DNA of 64,000 nucleotides from NCBI GenBank assembly GCA_944385965.1, contig CALWZG010000055.1, positions 8,018 through 72,017 of the forward strand, written 5' to 3'. The DNA is from an uncultured Anaerotruncus sp. (lineage in GTDB: Bacteria > Bacillota > Clostridia > Oscillospirales > Ruminococcaceae). A program made the position numbers and the translations under genes. Of this stretch, positions 45,094 through 54,404 are shown piece after piece. The notes beneath the pieces were generated by a model. That model was not told the DNA's origin. It did not search any database and worked only from the letters and a program-made list of their open reading frames with translations. How positions within the stretch are numbered: position 1 is the first letter of the stretch; the number at the start of each line of letters is the position of its first letter.

Positions 45094-45647
45094 GGCCCCA
45101 CCTCCTCCTTTTCAAGCAATTGTTCCAGCTTGCTTCTGGCTCGCTGAATCCGTTTTTTCACGTTTTCCTCGGAAATTTCCAAAATCTCGGACACTTCCTT
45201 TGTAGAATATCCCTGGGCATATCTGAGCAGCAGCACCGCCCGATAATTTTCGGGCAGGCTCTCTATCAGCCCAATCAAACGCTGGCAATCGTCCTTCTCC
45301 TCCGTCTGCGCCATGGGGGACAGGGCTTCATCCGCTGTCCAGTCCTCCAGCTCATCAAAGGAAACTACCACCCGCCTTTTGCGGCTGTTGTAAAGGTTGA
45401 TTGCGATGTTTCTAACTATAATAACCACAAAGCTTTTGGTTTGGGGACACTCCGGTTGGGAAATCTGGTCCAGATGCTGAAAAATTCTGATAAACGCTTG
45501 CTGGACAGCATCCTCTGCCGCCTCTGTGTCGTGAAGGATACTGTTGGCTACATAATACATCAGTTGACGATAGGTGGTATAGACCTGCTCGAATTTTTCC
45601 CGGTCAGCCTGCTGCTTGTTTTTTTCCTTGCCCCGGAAACCGAACAT
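45090..45647 (-). CDS. RNA polymerase sigma-70 family (ECF-type) sigma factor
   Basis: Region 2 (EAAEDAVQQAFIRIF) and region 4 HTH (LPENYRAVLLLRYAQGYSTKEVSEILEISEENVKKRIQRARSKL). Confidence 0.9.
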   Translation of the reverse strand: MFGFRGKEKNKQQADREKFEQVYTTYRQLMYYVANSILHDTEAAEDAVQQAFIRIFQHLDQISQPECPQTKSFVVIIVRNIAINLYNSRKRRVVVSFDELEDWTADEALSPMAQTEEKDDCQRLIGLIESLPENYRAVLLLRYAQGYSTKEVSEILEISEENVKKRIQRARSKLEQLLEKEEVGP

Positions 45648-45667
45648 TGCCTCACCTCCTTCATCCT

Positions 45668-46339
45668 TTACGACGGATTTTCCGCTGCTGTAATCCGCAG
45701 GCTTTCCCCTATGGAGCGAATCTGTTCCTCTGTAACAGCATCCTCCTGGAACTGTATTCCCACATAGACTTGTCTCTCTAAATCATAGCAGAGCAGCCCT
45801 GGCACCACTGTTTCAGGCCAGGAGGCTGCCGAGCTTTGATCTCCTGGGTCCAGCTTATAGTACACAGACGCCAAAGCGCTCTCTCCCCCTTCCCAACTGT
45901 TCAAAGGGGTATAGTCATCCCAATGGTACAGGCTTCCCAGACGCAAATTGGGATACACCGTTTTATAAAAGTCCTCTTGGGGAATTTCTTCCTCATACCG
46001 CTCAAATTGATTAAATCCAATAAAAGCCTTCAATGTCTCCCCTTCATATAAGCCCATGGGGGTCAAAAGATAATCATTGAACAGACTGGGCAGCGGTTCT
46101 TCCAAAGCCCCTATCTCCCATCCTTGGGGAAGGGTCAGTTCCACCTGAAATGAGGGTATGCCATCCTCCTCCGCTCCATCAGCGGGAAAGGAAACCTCAG
46201 CCTGATTCTGTATGGGGGATTCTTCTGAAACCTGCGCCTGAGGTTGTTCCAAAAGCTGCTCTTGGGAAGAACTTTCCTGCGCTTCTGCGCATCCGGCCAA
46301 ACAAAATATCCCTGTCAAAAGGGCCAGTATCTTTTTCAT
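45668..46339 (-). CDS. lipoprotein of unknown function, first gene of the sigma/anti-sigma operon
   Basis: MKKILALLTGIFCLAGC lipobox. It is 20 nt upstream of the sigma gene. Acidic Q/E-rich linker after the lipobox. Confidence 0.75.
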   Translation of the reverse strand: MKKILALLTGIFCLAGCAEAQESSSQEQLLEQPQAQVSEESPIQNQAEVSFPADGAEEDGIPSFQVELTLPQGWEIGALEEPLPSLFNDYLLTPMGLYEGETLKAFIGFNQFERYEEEIPQEDFYKTVYPNLRLGSLYHWDDYTPLNSWEGGESALASVYYKLDPGDQSSAASWPETVVPGLLCYDLERQVYVGIQFQEDAVTEEQIRSIGESLRITAAENPS

Positions 46340-46404
46340 CGTCTTCTCACTTCCTTCACAAAATACAGCTTCAGTATAGCAAACTTTTTTCAAAAATGCA
46401 CCCT

Positions 46405-47052
46405 TTATTCAGAAGTTTTATTCTGATTCTCCAGTTCCCGTTGGGGATTTCCATAGCGGAAAACTGGCAGATTGATGTTATGCAGGTAACAGAACATCCT
46501 TACGGTGACAATCAACACCAAAGACACAAGAGCCGACCATTGGGTACCAACCCATGGACAAGTGAACCAAAGCACCAGCGCCCCTGCCAATCCCGCCACA
46601 GTATAGATGTCACTTTGGAAAACCGCCGGTTTGCGGTTTACGATGATGTCTCTCAGGATTCCGCCGCCTACCCCAGTGATTCCTGACGCAAATAAAAACA
46701 GCATCAGATTATAACCTTGTCCAATCGCTTTCAAACCAGCTGATACCACAAATGTGGCTAGGCCCACTGCGTCCACAAAAACAAACAGTCGGTTAAATTC
46801 CCAGCGGTTACCCATTCTTGTGGCGATGGCTACCGCCACAAGAATAATGGGGATAGTGGTCCAATCCTGAAAAAAGGCAGGCACTCCCACATCCGCCACT
46901 ATATCACGCAAAACCCCTCCGCCCATAGCCGTTACCATAGCTACACAGCAGATTCCGAACAGGTCAAAGTCCTCTTGAATGGCTACAATGGTTCCTGAGA
47001 CCGCAAAAGCGAATACTCCAACATATTCCAGAATCCGTATAACCTGTTCCAT
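46405..47052 (-). CDS. UPF0126 / TRIC-type cation channel family membrane protein
   Basis: Two repeats containing GGGVLRDI and GGGILRDI, the duplicated UPF0126 motif. GAAAGGAAGG RBS before ATG 47052. Confidence 0.8.
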   Translation of the reverse strand: MEQVIRILEYVGVFAFAVSGTIVAIQEDFDLFGICCVAMVTAMGGGVLRDIVADVGVPAFFQDWTTIPIILVAVAIATRMGNRWEFNRLFVFVDAVGLATFVVSAGLKAIGQGYNLMLFLFASGITGVGGGILRDIIVNRKPAVFQSDIYTVAGLAGALVLWFTCPWVGTQWSALVSLVLIVTVRMFCYLHNINLPVFRYGNPQRELENQNKTSE

Positions 47053-47195
47053 CGAACCCTTCCTTTCACCTTTCGGCGGCAAATCAGCTTGTCTCATGGG
47101 TATCATACCACAACTTCGCTTTGCCGCGCAACCATCACCTTACGCAAAAAGCCAGATGGCAAGTCTTTCTCTCGCCATCTGGCAAATTTTTCAGA

Positions 47196-48593
47196 TTATG
47201 GTTTCATCCCTTCCGTCCCTTGGCGTTGAGCTGCCTGAGACTGAGCCATATCATACTCCCAATTCCATGGGTCCCGTTTGATAATTCCATCCGCGAAAGG
47301 AATGAAAATAGACAAAATAGCGAACAAAGCCAATAGTTGCTGATACCACAGGAATGGAATCAAAGCCACTGGACTGACCCCTCCTTCTGACAGGCTTCCC
47401 ACCAGCAGAATCTGGGCTCCATAAGGCACGATACCCTGGAACACGCAGGAGAAAATATCCAGCAGAGAGGCGCTCTTTCTGGGGTCTACCTTCTGGTTCC
47501 GGCAGATATCCTTGGCGATGGGTCCACTAATCAGAATGGCCACCGTATTGTTGGCCACAGCAATATCCGCCAAAGAAACCAAAGCGGAGATACCCAATTG
47601 AGCGGATTTTGGGCCCCGCACCACCTTGCTGACCTTTTTAATCAGCCAGGTAATTCCTCCATAGTGATTGGTAAGAGCTGCCAACCCTCCAATAAACAGA
47701 GAAAGGAAAAACACCTCATTCATGCTGATAAACCCATTCCAGATGGCCTGGGCGAAGGTAAATACCGTCAAATCACCTGTGGAGATTCCAATAATACCCG
47801 CAGCAAAAATGCCCACCGTCAGCACCAGGAACACATTCAGTCCCACCAGAGCCAACAACAGAACCAACAGATAAGGCAAGACCTTTACAAAGGAATATTC
47901 CAGATTTTCCAAAGGCACCGCCACCTCAGGCGCTCCAAAGGCCAACAGCAAAATGATGGTCAATATGGCCGCAGGCAGGGCAATCAGGAAGTTTACACGG
48001 AACTTGTCCCGCAGCTCACAGCCCTGGGTTCGGGTGGCGGAGATTGTGGTATCAGAAATCATGGACAGGTTATCTCCAAACATAGCCCCTCCCACACAGG
48101 CAGCAATGACCATTGTAAGGTTCAGTCCCGCTGTGTCAGAGACACCAATGGCAATGGGCACAAGGGTTCCGATGGTTCCCATAGAGGTTCCAGTGGCTAC
48201 TCCCAAAAAGGCGGAAATAATAAACAGTCCCGCTGTTACAAATTGGGCGGGAATCAGGGAAAGTCCCATCATAACGGTGGCGTCCACGCCGCCCATCTCC
48301 TTGGCTACCCCGGAAAAGGCGCCTGCCAGCAGGAAAATCATCAGCATAATGAGAATTCCCTCATCCCCTGCGCCCTTGGCAAATATGGCAAACTTTTCGT
48401 TGATAGACCCCTTGTCCAAACAAAAGGCCACCAATACCGCAATAAAGATAGCTACCACCGAGGGAAATTGATAAAATGCCATCTCCACGCCCTGGGACTG
48501 CATATACATGCCAGCACCCAAATAGATAGCGATAAAAATTAAAAATGGCAGCAATGCTAACCCACTGCTTCTCTCCTCTGGCCGATTACTCAT
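47196..48593 (-). CDS. Na+/H+ antiporter NhaC family protein (second paralogue)
   Basis: About 12 TM spans. GDNLSMISDTTISATR parallels GDHCSPISDTTILSS of the first paralogue. GGAGGAGGAAGG RBS. ATGACA-17-TGGTATGCT promoter about 60 nt upstream. Confidence 0.85.
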   Translation of the reverse strand: MSNRPEERSSGLALLPFLIFIAIYLGAGMYMQSQGVEMAFYQFPSVVAIFIAVLVAFCLDKGSINEKFAIFAKGAGDEGILIMLMIFLLAGAFSGVAKEMGGVDATVMMGLSLIPAQFVTAGLFIISAFLGVATGTSMGTIGTLVPIAIGVSDTAGLNLTMVIAACVGGAMFGDNLSMISDTTISATRTQGCELRDKFRVNFLIALPAAILTIILLLAFGAPEVAVPLENLEYSFVKVLPYLLVLLLALVGLNVFLVLTVGIFAAGIIGISTGDLTVFTFAQAIWNGFISMNEVFFLSLFIGGLAALTNHYGGITWLIKKVSKVVRGPKSAQLGISALVSLADIAVANNTVAILISGPIAKDICRNQKVDPRKSASLLDIFSCVFQGIVPYGAQILLVGSLSEGGVSPVALIPFLWYQQLLALFAILSIFIPFADGIIKRDPWNWEYDMAQSQAAQRQGTEGMKP

Positions 48594-48768
48594 TTTCCTT
48601 CCTCCTCCAGTGTTTTCTCCCTCCAAAATCCAGGCCCAAGGGATAGAACACCTTTTTGGTTAGCATACCACATTTTTCTCTTTTTGTCATCCCTGTGAAA
48701 TTTTCTTTCAAATGTTCATTCTGTTCTATTTACACTTTTTAAGCAGCACTTTCTGTACACCTTACACT

Positions 48769-48806
48769 AAAAGGGGCCTATGGATAGAACTCCATAAGCC
48801 CCTTTT
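48769..48806 (-). terminator. rho-independent terminator after ispH-S1
   Basis: Minus strand: AAAAGGGGCTTATGGA-GTTCTA-TCCATAGGCCCCTTTT. Confidence 0.88.
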
Positions 48807-48836
48807 CACTTCATATTCTGCTATTTGAGAGAAACC

Positions 48837-50825
48837 TTATTCTGCGGAAGGGCCTGCCTCATAAACTACATCGGACTCAGCGCTCTCAGCGGGAGCAGCC
48901 TCCTCCTCTTTTGCAGCGTCTTCCAGCAGGGCACGGATAGACAAGCTAACACGCTTCTTCTCGGTATCCACCTCGGTAATCTTTACGTCTACCTCTTGGC
49001 CCACAGACAACACATCGGAAGGCTTGTTGATGCGCTCGTTGGAAATCTGGCTGATATGAATCAGCCCATCCACCCCAGGAATCACCTGAGCAAAAGCACC
49101 AAATGGAGTCATGGAAACAATCTTCACCTTGCAGACGGTGCCAACAGGATAATCCCGCTCCATAATGGTCCAGGGGTTATCCTCAGCTTTCTTATAGCCC
49201 AGAGAAATCTTCTTGTTCTCCTTATCCACATCACGGATATAAACATCCACGGTATCTCCTACGTTTACAACCTCGGAGGGATGTTTGATGCGGCTCCAGC
49301 TCAGCTCGGAAATGTGAATCATACCATCCACGCCGCCCAGATTGACAAAGGCACCATAGCTGGTGAGGGATTTCACCACACCGGTATAGGTCTGTCCAAC
49401 CTCTACCTGGCTCCAGAACTGGTCCTCCAGCTCCTTGCGCTGCTCACGCAAAACGGCACGGATAGAACCTACCGCACGTTTGCGCTGACGGTTGACCTCC
49501 AGAATCTTGAACTGGACCTTCTTCTTCAGCAAATCCTCCAGGTTGTCCCCACGAGACATGGTAGCCTGGGAAGCAGGGATAAACACACGGACGCCATTGG
49601 TCAGAGCCAGAACGCCGCCCTTGATTACCTCTACCACAGTGCCTTCCAGAATCTCATCGGTATCGGCAGCGCCCATCACCTTCTCAAAGCCAGCAGCGGC
49701 ATCCAGGCGTTTTTTGGACAGCATCACAGTGCCTTCCACATCATTTACCCGAACAACCAGCAGTTCCAGCTCGTCTCCAACCTTAACCAAATCCTCAACC
49801 TTAGCGGTAGGATCATCGGTCAACTCGCTCAGCGGCACATAACCAGCGTGCTTGGTGCCGATGTCCACAGAAATCTCGTTAGGCGCCAATCCTGTAACGA
49901 CTGCTGTTACCTTCTCCCTGTTGTATATTGTTTTGAAGGACTGCTCCAGCATCTCTTCAAAGGAAAGCTCTTCCTGGTCTTTTACAATCTCACTCATGGT
50001 TTTATGTACCTCCTTAATTATGCGAGCCGGTGTGGATGCGCCGGCCGTAACGCCTATCTTATTATATCCGCCCAGCTTCAGATTATACAGTTCCTCAGGC
50101 CCCTCCACCAAAAAAGTGGGACAATTGACCTGGCAGAGCTGAGCTAGCTTGGCTGTATTGGAACTATGACGTCCCCCCACCACAATCATGGCGTCACAAC
50201 AACGGGACAATTCCAAAGCCTCTTGCTGCCGTTTCTCAGTAGCAATACATATTGTATCAAAAATCTTGAGCTTTGTACACACCTTTTTTAGTTTTTCTAC
50301 GGATTTTTTCCAAACTATCGTCGAAAAAGTGGTTTGCGCCACCAAAGCAATCGATTTTTTTTCATAATTTCCCAGTTTTTCCAGACATTTGTCCAGCTCC
50401 GCCTGGTCCTTAAAGGTAAGGAAAGGTCCTTGGCAGAATCCTATGATCCCCTGTACCTCCGGATGGTTGATATCCCCAGCAATTAAAATCACATGATCTT
50501 CAGACAACTTCCACACAATCCGATGTATCTTTTCAACAAAGGGGCAGGTAGCGTCGATGACAGGACAGCCCATCCTCTCCAATGTCTCATAGGTGGATTT
50601 GGGTACACCATGGGACCGGATGATGACACATCTGCCATCGGTGTTCTCCTCCAGGGAATGAATGGGCGGAATTCCCATCTCCCGCAGCTCCTCCACAATC
50701 TGAGGATTATGGATCAGCTCCCCAAAGGTACAGGCAGGCTGCCCCTCTTGAGCCATCTCAAAGGCCAGGTCTACCGCCCGCTTTACCCCAAAGCAGAACC
50801 CCGCTGTCTTTGCCACCGTAATCAT
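48837..50825 (-). CDS. ispH: bifunctional 4-hydroxy-3-methylbut-2-enyl diphosphate reductase (IspH) / ribosomal protein S1-domain fusion
   Basis: N-terminal ITVAKTAGFCFGVKRAV...ATCPFV...GGRHSSNT (IspH/LytB) is followed by four S1 repeats (GTVV.V..GG..V...GV.GFIP/IHISEL). Confidence 0.92.
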   Translation of the reverse strand: MITVAKTAGFCFGVKRAVDLAFEMAQEGQPACTFGELIHNPQIVEELREMGIPPIHSLEENTDGRCVIIRSHGVPKSTYETLERMGCPVIDATCPFVEKIHRIVWKLSEDHVILIAGDINHPEVQGIIGFCQGPFLTFKDQAELDKCLEKLGNYEKKSIALVAQTTFSTIVWKKSVEKLKKVCTKLKIFDTICIATEKRQQEALELSRCCDAMIVVGGRHSSNTAKLAQLCQVNCPTFLVEGPEELYNLKLGGYNKIGVTAGASTPARIIKEVHKTMSEIVKDQEELSFEEMLEQSFKTIYNREKVTAVVTGLAPNEISVDIGTKHAGYVPLSELTDDPTAKVEDLVKVGDELELLVVRVNDVEGTVMLSKKRLDAAAGFEKVMGAADTDEILEGTVVEVIKGGVLALTNGVRVFIPASQATMSRGDNLEDLLKKKVQFKILEVNRQRKRAVGSIRAVLREQRKELEDQFWSQVEVGQTYTGVVKSLTSYGAFVNLGGVDGMIHISELSWSRIKHPSEVVNVGDTVDVYIRDVDKENKKISLGYKKAEDNPWTIMERDYPVGTVCKVKIVSMTPFGAFAQVIPGVDGLIHISQISNERINKPSDVLSVGQEVDVKITEVDTEKKRVSLSIRALLEDAAKEEEAAPAESAESDVVYEAGPSAE

Positions 50826-51424
50826 GAGACACCCTTTTCCAGCAGCTCACTCAGACGATCCATCATCAGCTTGCTGGCTTCCTTAATCTCTCTGGGGGAG
50901 TTGGTGCCAGGGGTAAATCCCAGCTGGCTATTTTTAATCAGTTCCCCATAACGAATGGTTACCGGTGTACGAAACTTTAGACGTTCCCCAAAACAGATGG
51001 CGCAGGGCAGCACATCCGCTCCGGTCTGCATTGCAATCATGGACGCGCCGGATTTAGGACGCAGAAGCTGCCCATCTTTGGACCGATGTCCTTCTGGGAA
51101 CATACCAAGGACATTTCCCTTCCGCAGCACTTCCATGGCCCAATCCAAAGCGCCTGTATCCCCCTTGCCTCGTTCCACCGGGAAAGCCCCTAACGCTCGA
51201 AGCAAAGCGCCCCGCCATTTTTTTTGGAACAGTTCCACCTTAGCCATGTAGAACACCTGCGCGTAGACACCGGCTACTACAAACAGCGGGTCAAAATTGG
51301 TGCGGTGGTTCGCTATCAGCATATAGCCCTGGTTCTTGGGGACATGTTCCTGTCCCTCCACCTTGATTTTATAGAGGATGCGGATGTAAACCATGCAGCA
51401 CCATCGCGCGAACTTATAAAACAT
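50822..51424 (-). CDS. plsC: 1-acyl-sn-glycerol-3-phosphate acyltransferase family protein
   Basis: IANHRTNFDP (HX4D) and MFPEGHRS motifs. 4-nt overlap with ispH. Confidence 0.88.
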   Translation of the reverse strand: MFYKFARWCCMVYIRILYKIKVEGQEHVPKNQGYMLIANHRTNFDPLFVVAGVYAQVFYMAKVELFQKKWRGALLRALGAFPVERGKGDTGALDWAMEVLRKGNVLGMFPEGHRSKDGQLLRPKSGASMIAMQTGADVLPCAICFGERLKFRTPVTIRYGELIKNSQLGFTPGTNSPREIKEASKLMMDRLSELLEKGVS

Positions 51425-52088
51425 CCTTGAGTTTCTCCTTTACAATTTTCAAAAGAGCTTCTATGGATTGCTCCAAGGTCAAATGGGTGGTATCCAGCAG
51501 AATGGCATCCTCCGCCTGTTTCAGAGGGGCGATGGCCCGATGAGAATCGTTGTAATCCCGCTGCTTGACCTCCTCCAACAGACTTTCATAGGAGACTTCC
51601 ATCCCCTTTTCCACCAATTCCCGATGTCGACGTTTGGCCCGTTCCTCCGGAGTCGCTGTCAAGAAGATTTTCACCTGGGCCTCCGGAAGCACCACCGTGC
51701 CAATATCCCTACCATCCATTACCACATTATGCTCTTTTGCCATATTTTTTTGCAGGGCAAACAGGAACTGCCGCACCTCTGGAATAGCACTGACCTTGCT
51801 GGCGGCCATAGACATTTCAGGTGTACGAATCTGCTCCGATACATCGTAACCATTGAGAAATACCCGCTGTTCCCCATTCTGGTACCCCAGCTCCAGTTTA
51901 ATGTCCGGCAGCAGGGCGCTGACTCGTTCCTCAGAATCTGCGGGAACCTCATGGGCGGTAGCGTACAGCCCGATTGAACGATATAATGCCCCAGTATCTA
52001 CATAAATATAACCCAGCTGCTGGGCAGCCGCTCGGGCTACGGTGCTTTTTCCCGCTCCCGCCGGTCCATCAATGGCAATTGAAATCAT
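51414..52088 (-). CDS. cmk: (d)CMP kinase
   Basis: ISIAIDGPAGAGKSTVA P-loop, YVDTGALYR and VMDGRDIGTVV. ATG 52088 is preferred over the GTG at 52097. Confidence 0.92.
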   Translation of the reverse strand: MISIAIDGPAGAGKSTVARAAAQQLGYIYVDTGALYRSIGLYATAHEVPADSEERVSALLPDIKLELGYQNGEQRVFLNGYDVSEQIRTPEMSMAASKVSAIPEVRQFLFALQKNMAKEHNVVMDGRDIGTVVLPEAQVKIFLTATPEERAKRRHRELVEKGMEVSYESLLEEVKQRDYNDSHRAIAPLKQAEDAILLDTTHLTLEQSIEALLKIVKEKLKDVL

Positions 52089-52110
52089 TTTCCTCACCTC
52101 TATATCCTTA

Positions 52111-53346
52111 TTAAACCGCCGCCATCCCTTGGGCCGCTGAGTAAGCGGTTTCCCAAGCGATTTGCAGATTATACCCCCCTGTGAAAGCGTCTACATCCAA
52201 CACCTCCCCCACAAAGTAAAGCCCTTTCACCAGCTTTGACTCCATGGTTTTGGGGTCAATCTCTTTTACCGACACACCTCCGGCGGTAATAACCGCTTCT
52301 TCCATAGGCCCCAGCCCTTTGATTGTCAGGGGCAGCCCTTTCACCAGCGCCGCCAGCCTCCCCCGCTGTTCCTTGGTCACCTCATTTACCTTGGTGGCCC
52401 CTGGGATTCCTGACAGCTCCACCATAACCGGAATCAGTTTTTTGGGCAGGAGCTTGTCAAGGGCGTTGGAGAAATCTTTATTTTTAAACTCCCCAAAATC
52501 CCTTAACAGACGGGCATCCAGCTGCTGAGGGGTAAGCCCCGGCTTCAGGTCAATCAAAAGCTGATAGGTTTTCGGGTCCCCTTTTATATAAGAGGAAGCC
52601 GACAGAACCAATGGTCCAGACACACCAAAATGGGTGAACAGCATCTCCCCCAGCTCCTGGTAGACTGGTTTGCCTTTAGGTCCAATCAGCGTCAGGGTCA
52701 CATTCTTCAAAGAAAGGCCCATCACCTTGGCGCACCAGCCCTCCTGCGTCACCAGAGGCACCAGAGAAGGCTTCTGCTCCACCACCGTATGCCCCAGTTC
52801 CTGGGCCATCCGGTAGCCATCCCCATCCGAGCCGGTCAGCGGATAGCTCAGTCCTCCCGTGGCCACCACCACACAGTCCGCCGGAACAACCTCTCCAGAC
52901 GCCAGCCGCACACCCCGCACATGATTTCCCTCACACAGGATTTCCTGGGCGGAGGTTTTCTGACGGAAAAGGCAGCCGTTCCCCTTGGCGAAGCGAACCA
53001 AAGCGTCCCGCACATCCGACGCCTGGTCAGATACGGGAAACACTCGCCGGCCCCGCTCGGTTTTCAAAGGAACTCCCAACCCCTCAAACAGCTCCATAGT
53101 CGCCTGGGGCGGGAAGGCGCTGGTGGCGCTGAACAGAAAACGGGGATTGGAACGAACATTTTTCATAAATTCGTCCGCCTCACAGTTGTTGGTCACGTTG
53201 CAGCGTCCCTTGCCGGTAATCAGCAGTTTTCGGCCAGGATTGGCGTTTTTATCCAAAATCGTCACCTTCAGCCCTGCCTGACCCGCAAACCCACCGCAGC
53301 ACAGCCCTGCCGCGCCGCCGCCGATAATCACTACCTGCTTTTTCAA
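52111..53346 (-). CDS. NAD(P)/FAD-dependent oxidoreductase, HI0933/BaiN-like flavoprotein
   Basis: VVIIGGGAAGL dinucleotide fold, GKGRCNVTN and a C-terminal GGYNLQIAW. TTG start overlapping the rpiR stop. Confidence 0.85.
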   Translation of the reverse strand: MKKQVVIIGGGAAGLCCGGFAGQAGLKVTILDKNANPGRKLLITGKGRCNVTNNCEADEFMKNVRSNPRFLFSATSAFPPQATMELFEGLGVPLKTERGRRVFPVSDQASDVRDALVRFAKGNGCLFRQKTSAQEILCEGNHVRGVRLASGEVVPADCVVVATGGLSYPLTGSDGDGYRMAQELGHTVVEQKPSLVPLVTQEGWCAKVMGLSLKNVTLTLIGPKGKPVYQELGEMLFTHFGVSGPLVLSASSYIKGDPKTYQLLIDLKPGLTPQQLDARLLRDFGEFKNKDFSNALDKLLPKKLIPVMVELSGIPGATKVNEVTKEQRGRLAALVKGLPLTIKGLGPMEEAVITAGGVSVKEIDPKTMESKLVKGLYFVGEVLDVDAFTGGYNLQIAWETAYSAAQGMAAV

Positions 53347-54221
53347 ATGACCTTTCCTCCGCCTTCGTGTTTCTCGTACACCTCGTACTCATCCCAAATG
53401 CGCTCCAGAAGCTCGTAGGTCTTGGCGACCTCTTCCCGCTTTTTCATCCCTACCGCCACAATCAGGGCGTTGATGACCGACAGAGGAGCCACCAGGGAAT
53501 CCACAAAGGACACCATATCCCCGCAAGCCAGCAGGAGATGGTCCGCTACCTCCGCAATGGGAGATTTATCCGAGTCGGTGATAGCCACCACCTTGGCGCC
53601 ATTGGCCCGGGCGTAGTGGGATGCCTGGACCGCCCGCTTGGAATATCTGGGAAAGCTGATGGCAATCAGCACATCGTCCTTTTCCACCCGCATCACCTGC
53701 TCAAAAACCTCTGCCCGGCTGGTGGTGCTGATTAAGCGCACGCTTGGGAAAATATGGTTGAAGTAAAAACTGAGAAAGGTAGCCAGAGCCGACGATGAGC
53801 GAACTCCAATGATATAGATATTCTTAGCTTGGCAGATGGTGTCCACCGCTTGGGCGAACTCCTCCTTATCCGCGTCCTCCAGAGTACGCCGAATCCGCTC
53901 AATGTCCTTGCTCAGCACCTTATCCAACACATTGGCGCTGTCAATCTGGTCGCTGGCGGCATCCATTCTCTGCACATTGGTCAGCTTGTTGCGAATCATC
54001 TCCTGAAGTGCCTTTTGCAGCTCTGGATAGCCCTCAAAGCCAATCTCAGAGGCGAACCGCACAACGGTAGACTCGCTCACCCCTACCACGCCGCCCAGCT
54101 TGGAAGCGGTCATAAACGCGGCTTTGTCAAAATGGTTCTGAATATAATTGGCAATCAGCCTTTGTCCCTTGGAAAAACGAGGGGCACTTTGACTAATCAA
54201 TGCCATCAGGTCTTTTTCCAT
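53343..54221 (-). CDS. MurR/RpiR family transcriptional regulator
   Basis: N-terminal HTH_6 (SKGQRLIANYIQNHFDKAAFMTASKLGGVVGVSESTVVRFA) plus a SIS domain (IYIIGVRSSSALA). Confidence 0.88.
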   Translation of the reverse strand: MEKDLMALISQSAPRFSKGQRLIANYIQNHFDKAAFMTASKLGGVVGVSESTVVRFASEIGFEGYPELQKALQEMIRNKLTNVQRMDAASDQIDSANVLDKVLSKDIERIRRTLEDADKEEFAQAVDTICQAKNIYIIGVRSSSALATFLSFYFNHIFPSVRLISTTSRAEVFEQVMRVEKDDVLIAISFPRYSKRAVQASHYARANGAKVVAITDSDKSPIAEVADHLLLACGDMVSFVDSLVAPLSVINALIVAVGMKKREEVAKTYELLERIWDEYEVYEKHEGGGKVI

Positions 54222-54360
54222 TCATGTTCCCTTCTATATCTTCTCATTGGAGATTGCTGCTTATCAAAAGAGCAAACCGCCTTACTATACATCATAGCGC
54301 AACCGTATCGGAAAATCAAGCGTAAGCTTTCGGAAAAAATAAAAACTCTGATTTTGTCGA

Positions 54361-54400
54361 AAAACACGGAAGGCCCCCGCCTTGGCGGGGACCTCTGTGT
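54361..54400 (-). terminator. rho-independent terminator ending the hydrogenase operon
   Basis: Minus strand: GGTCCCCGC-CAAG-GCGGGGGCC followed by TTCCGTGTTTTTCG. It starts 5 nt after the hydA stop. Confidence 0.88.
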
Positions 54401-54404
54401 TTTA

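Noticed and set aside
48825-50147. A 440-aa plus-strand ORF opposite ispH-S1.
   Set aside because: It is a shadow ORF of a gene with unmistakable IspH and S1 motifs. There is no SD and no recognisable motif.
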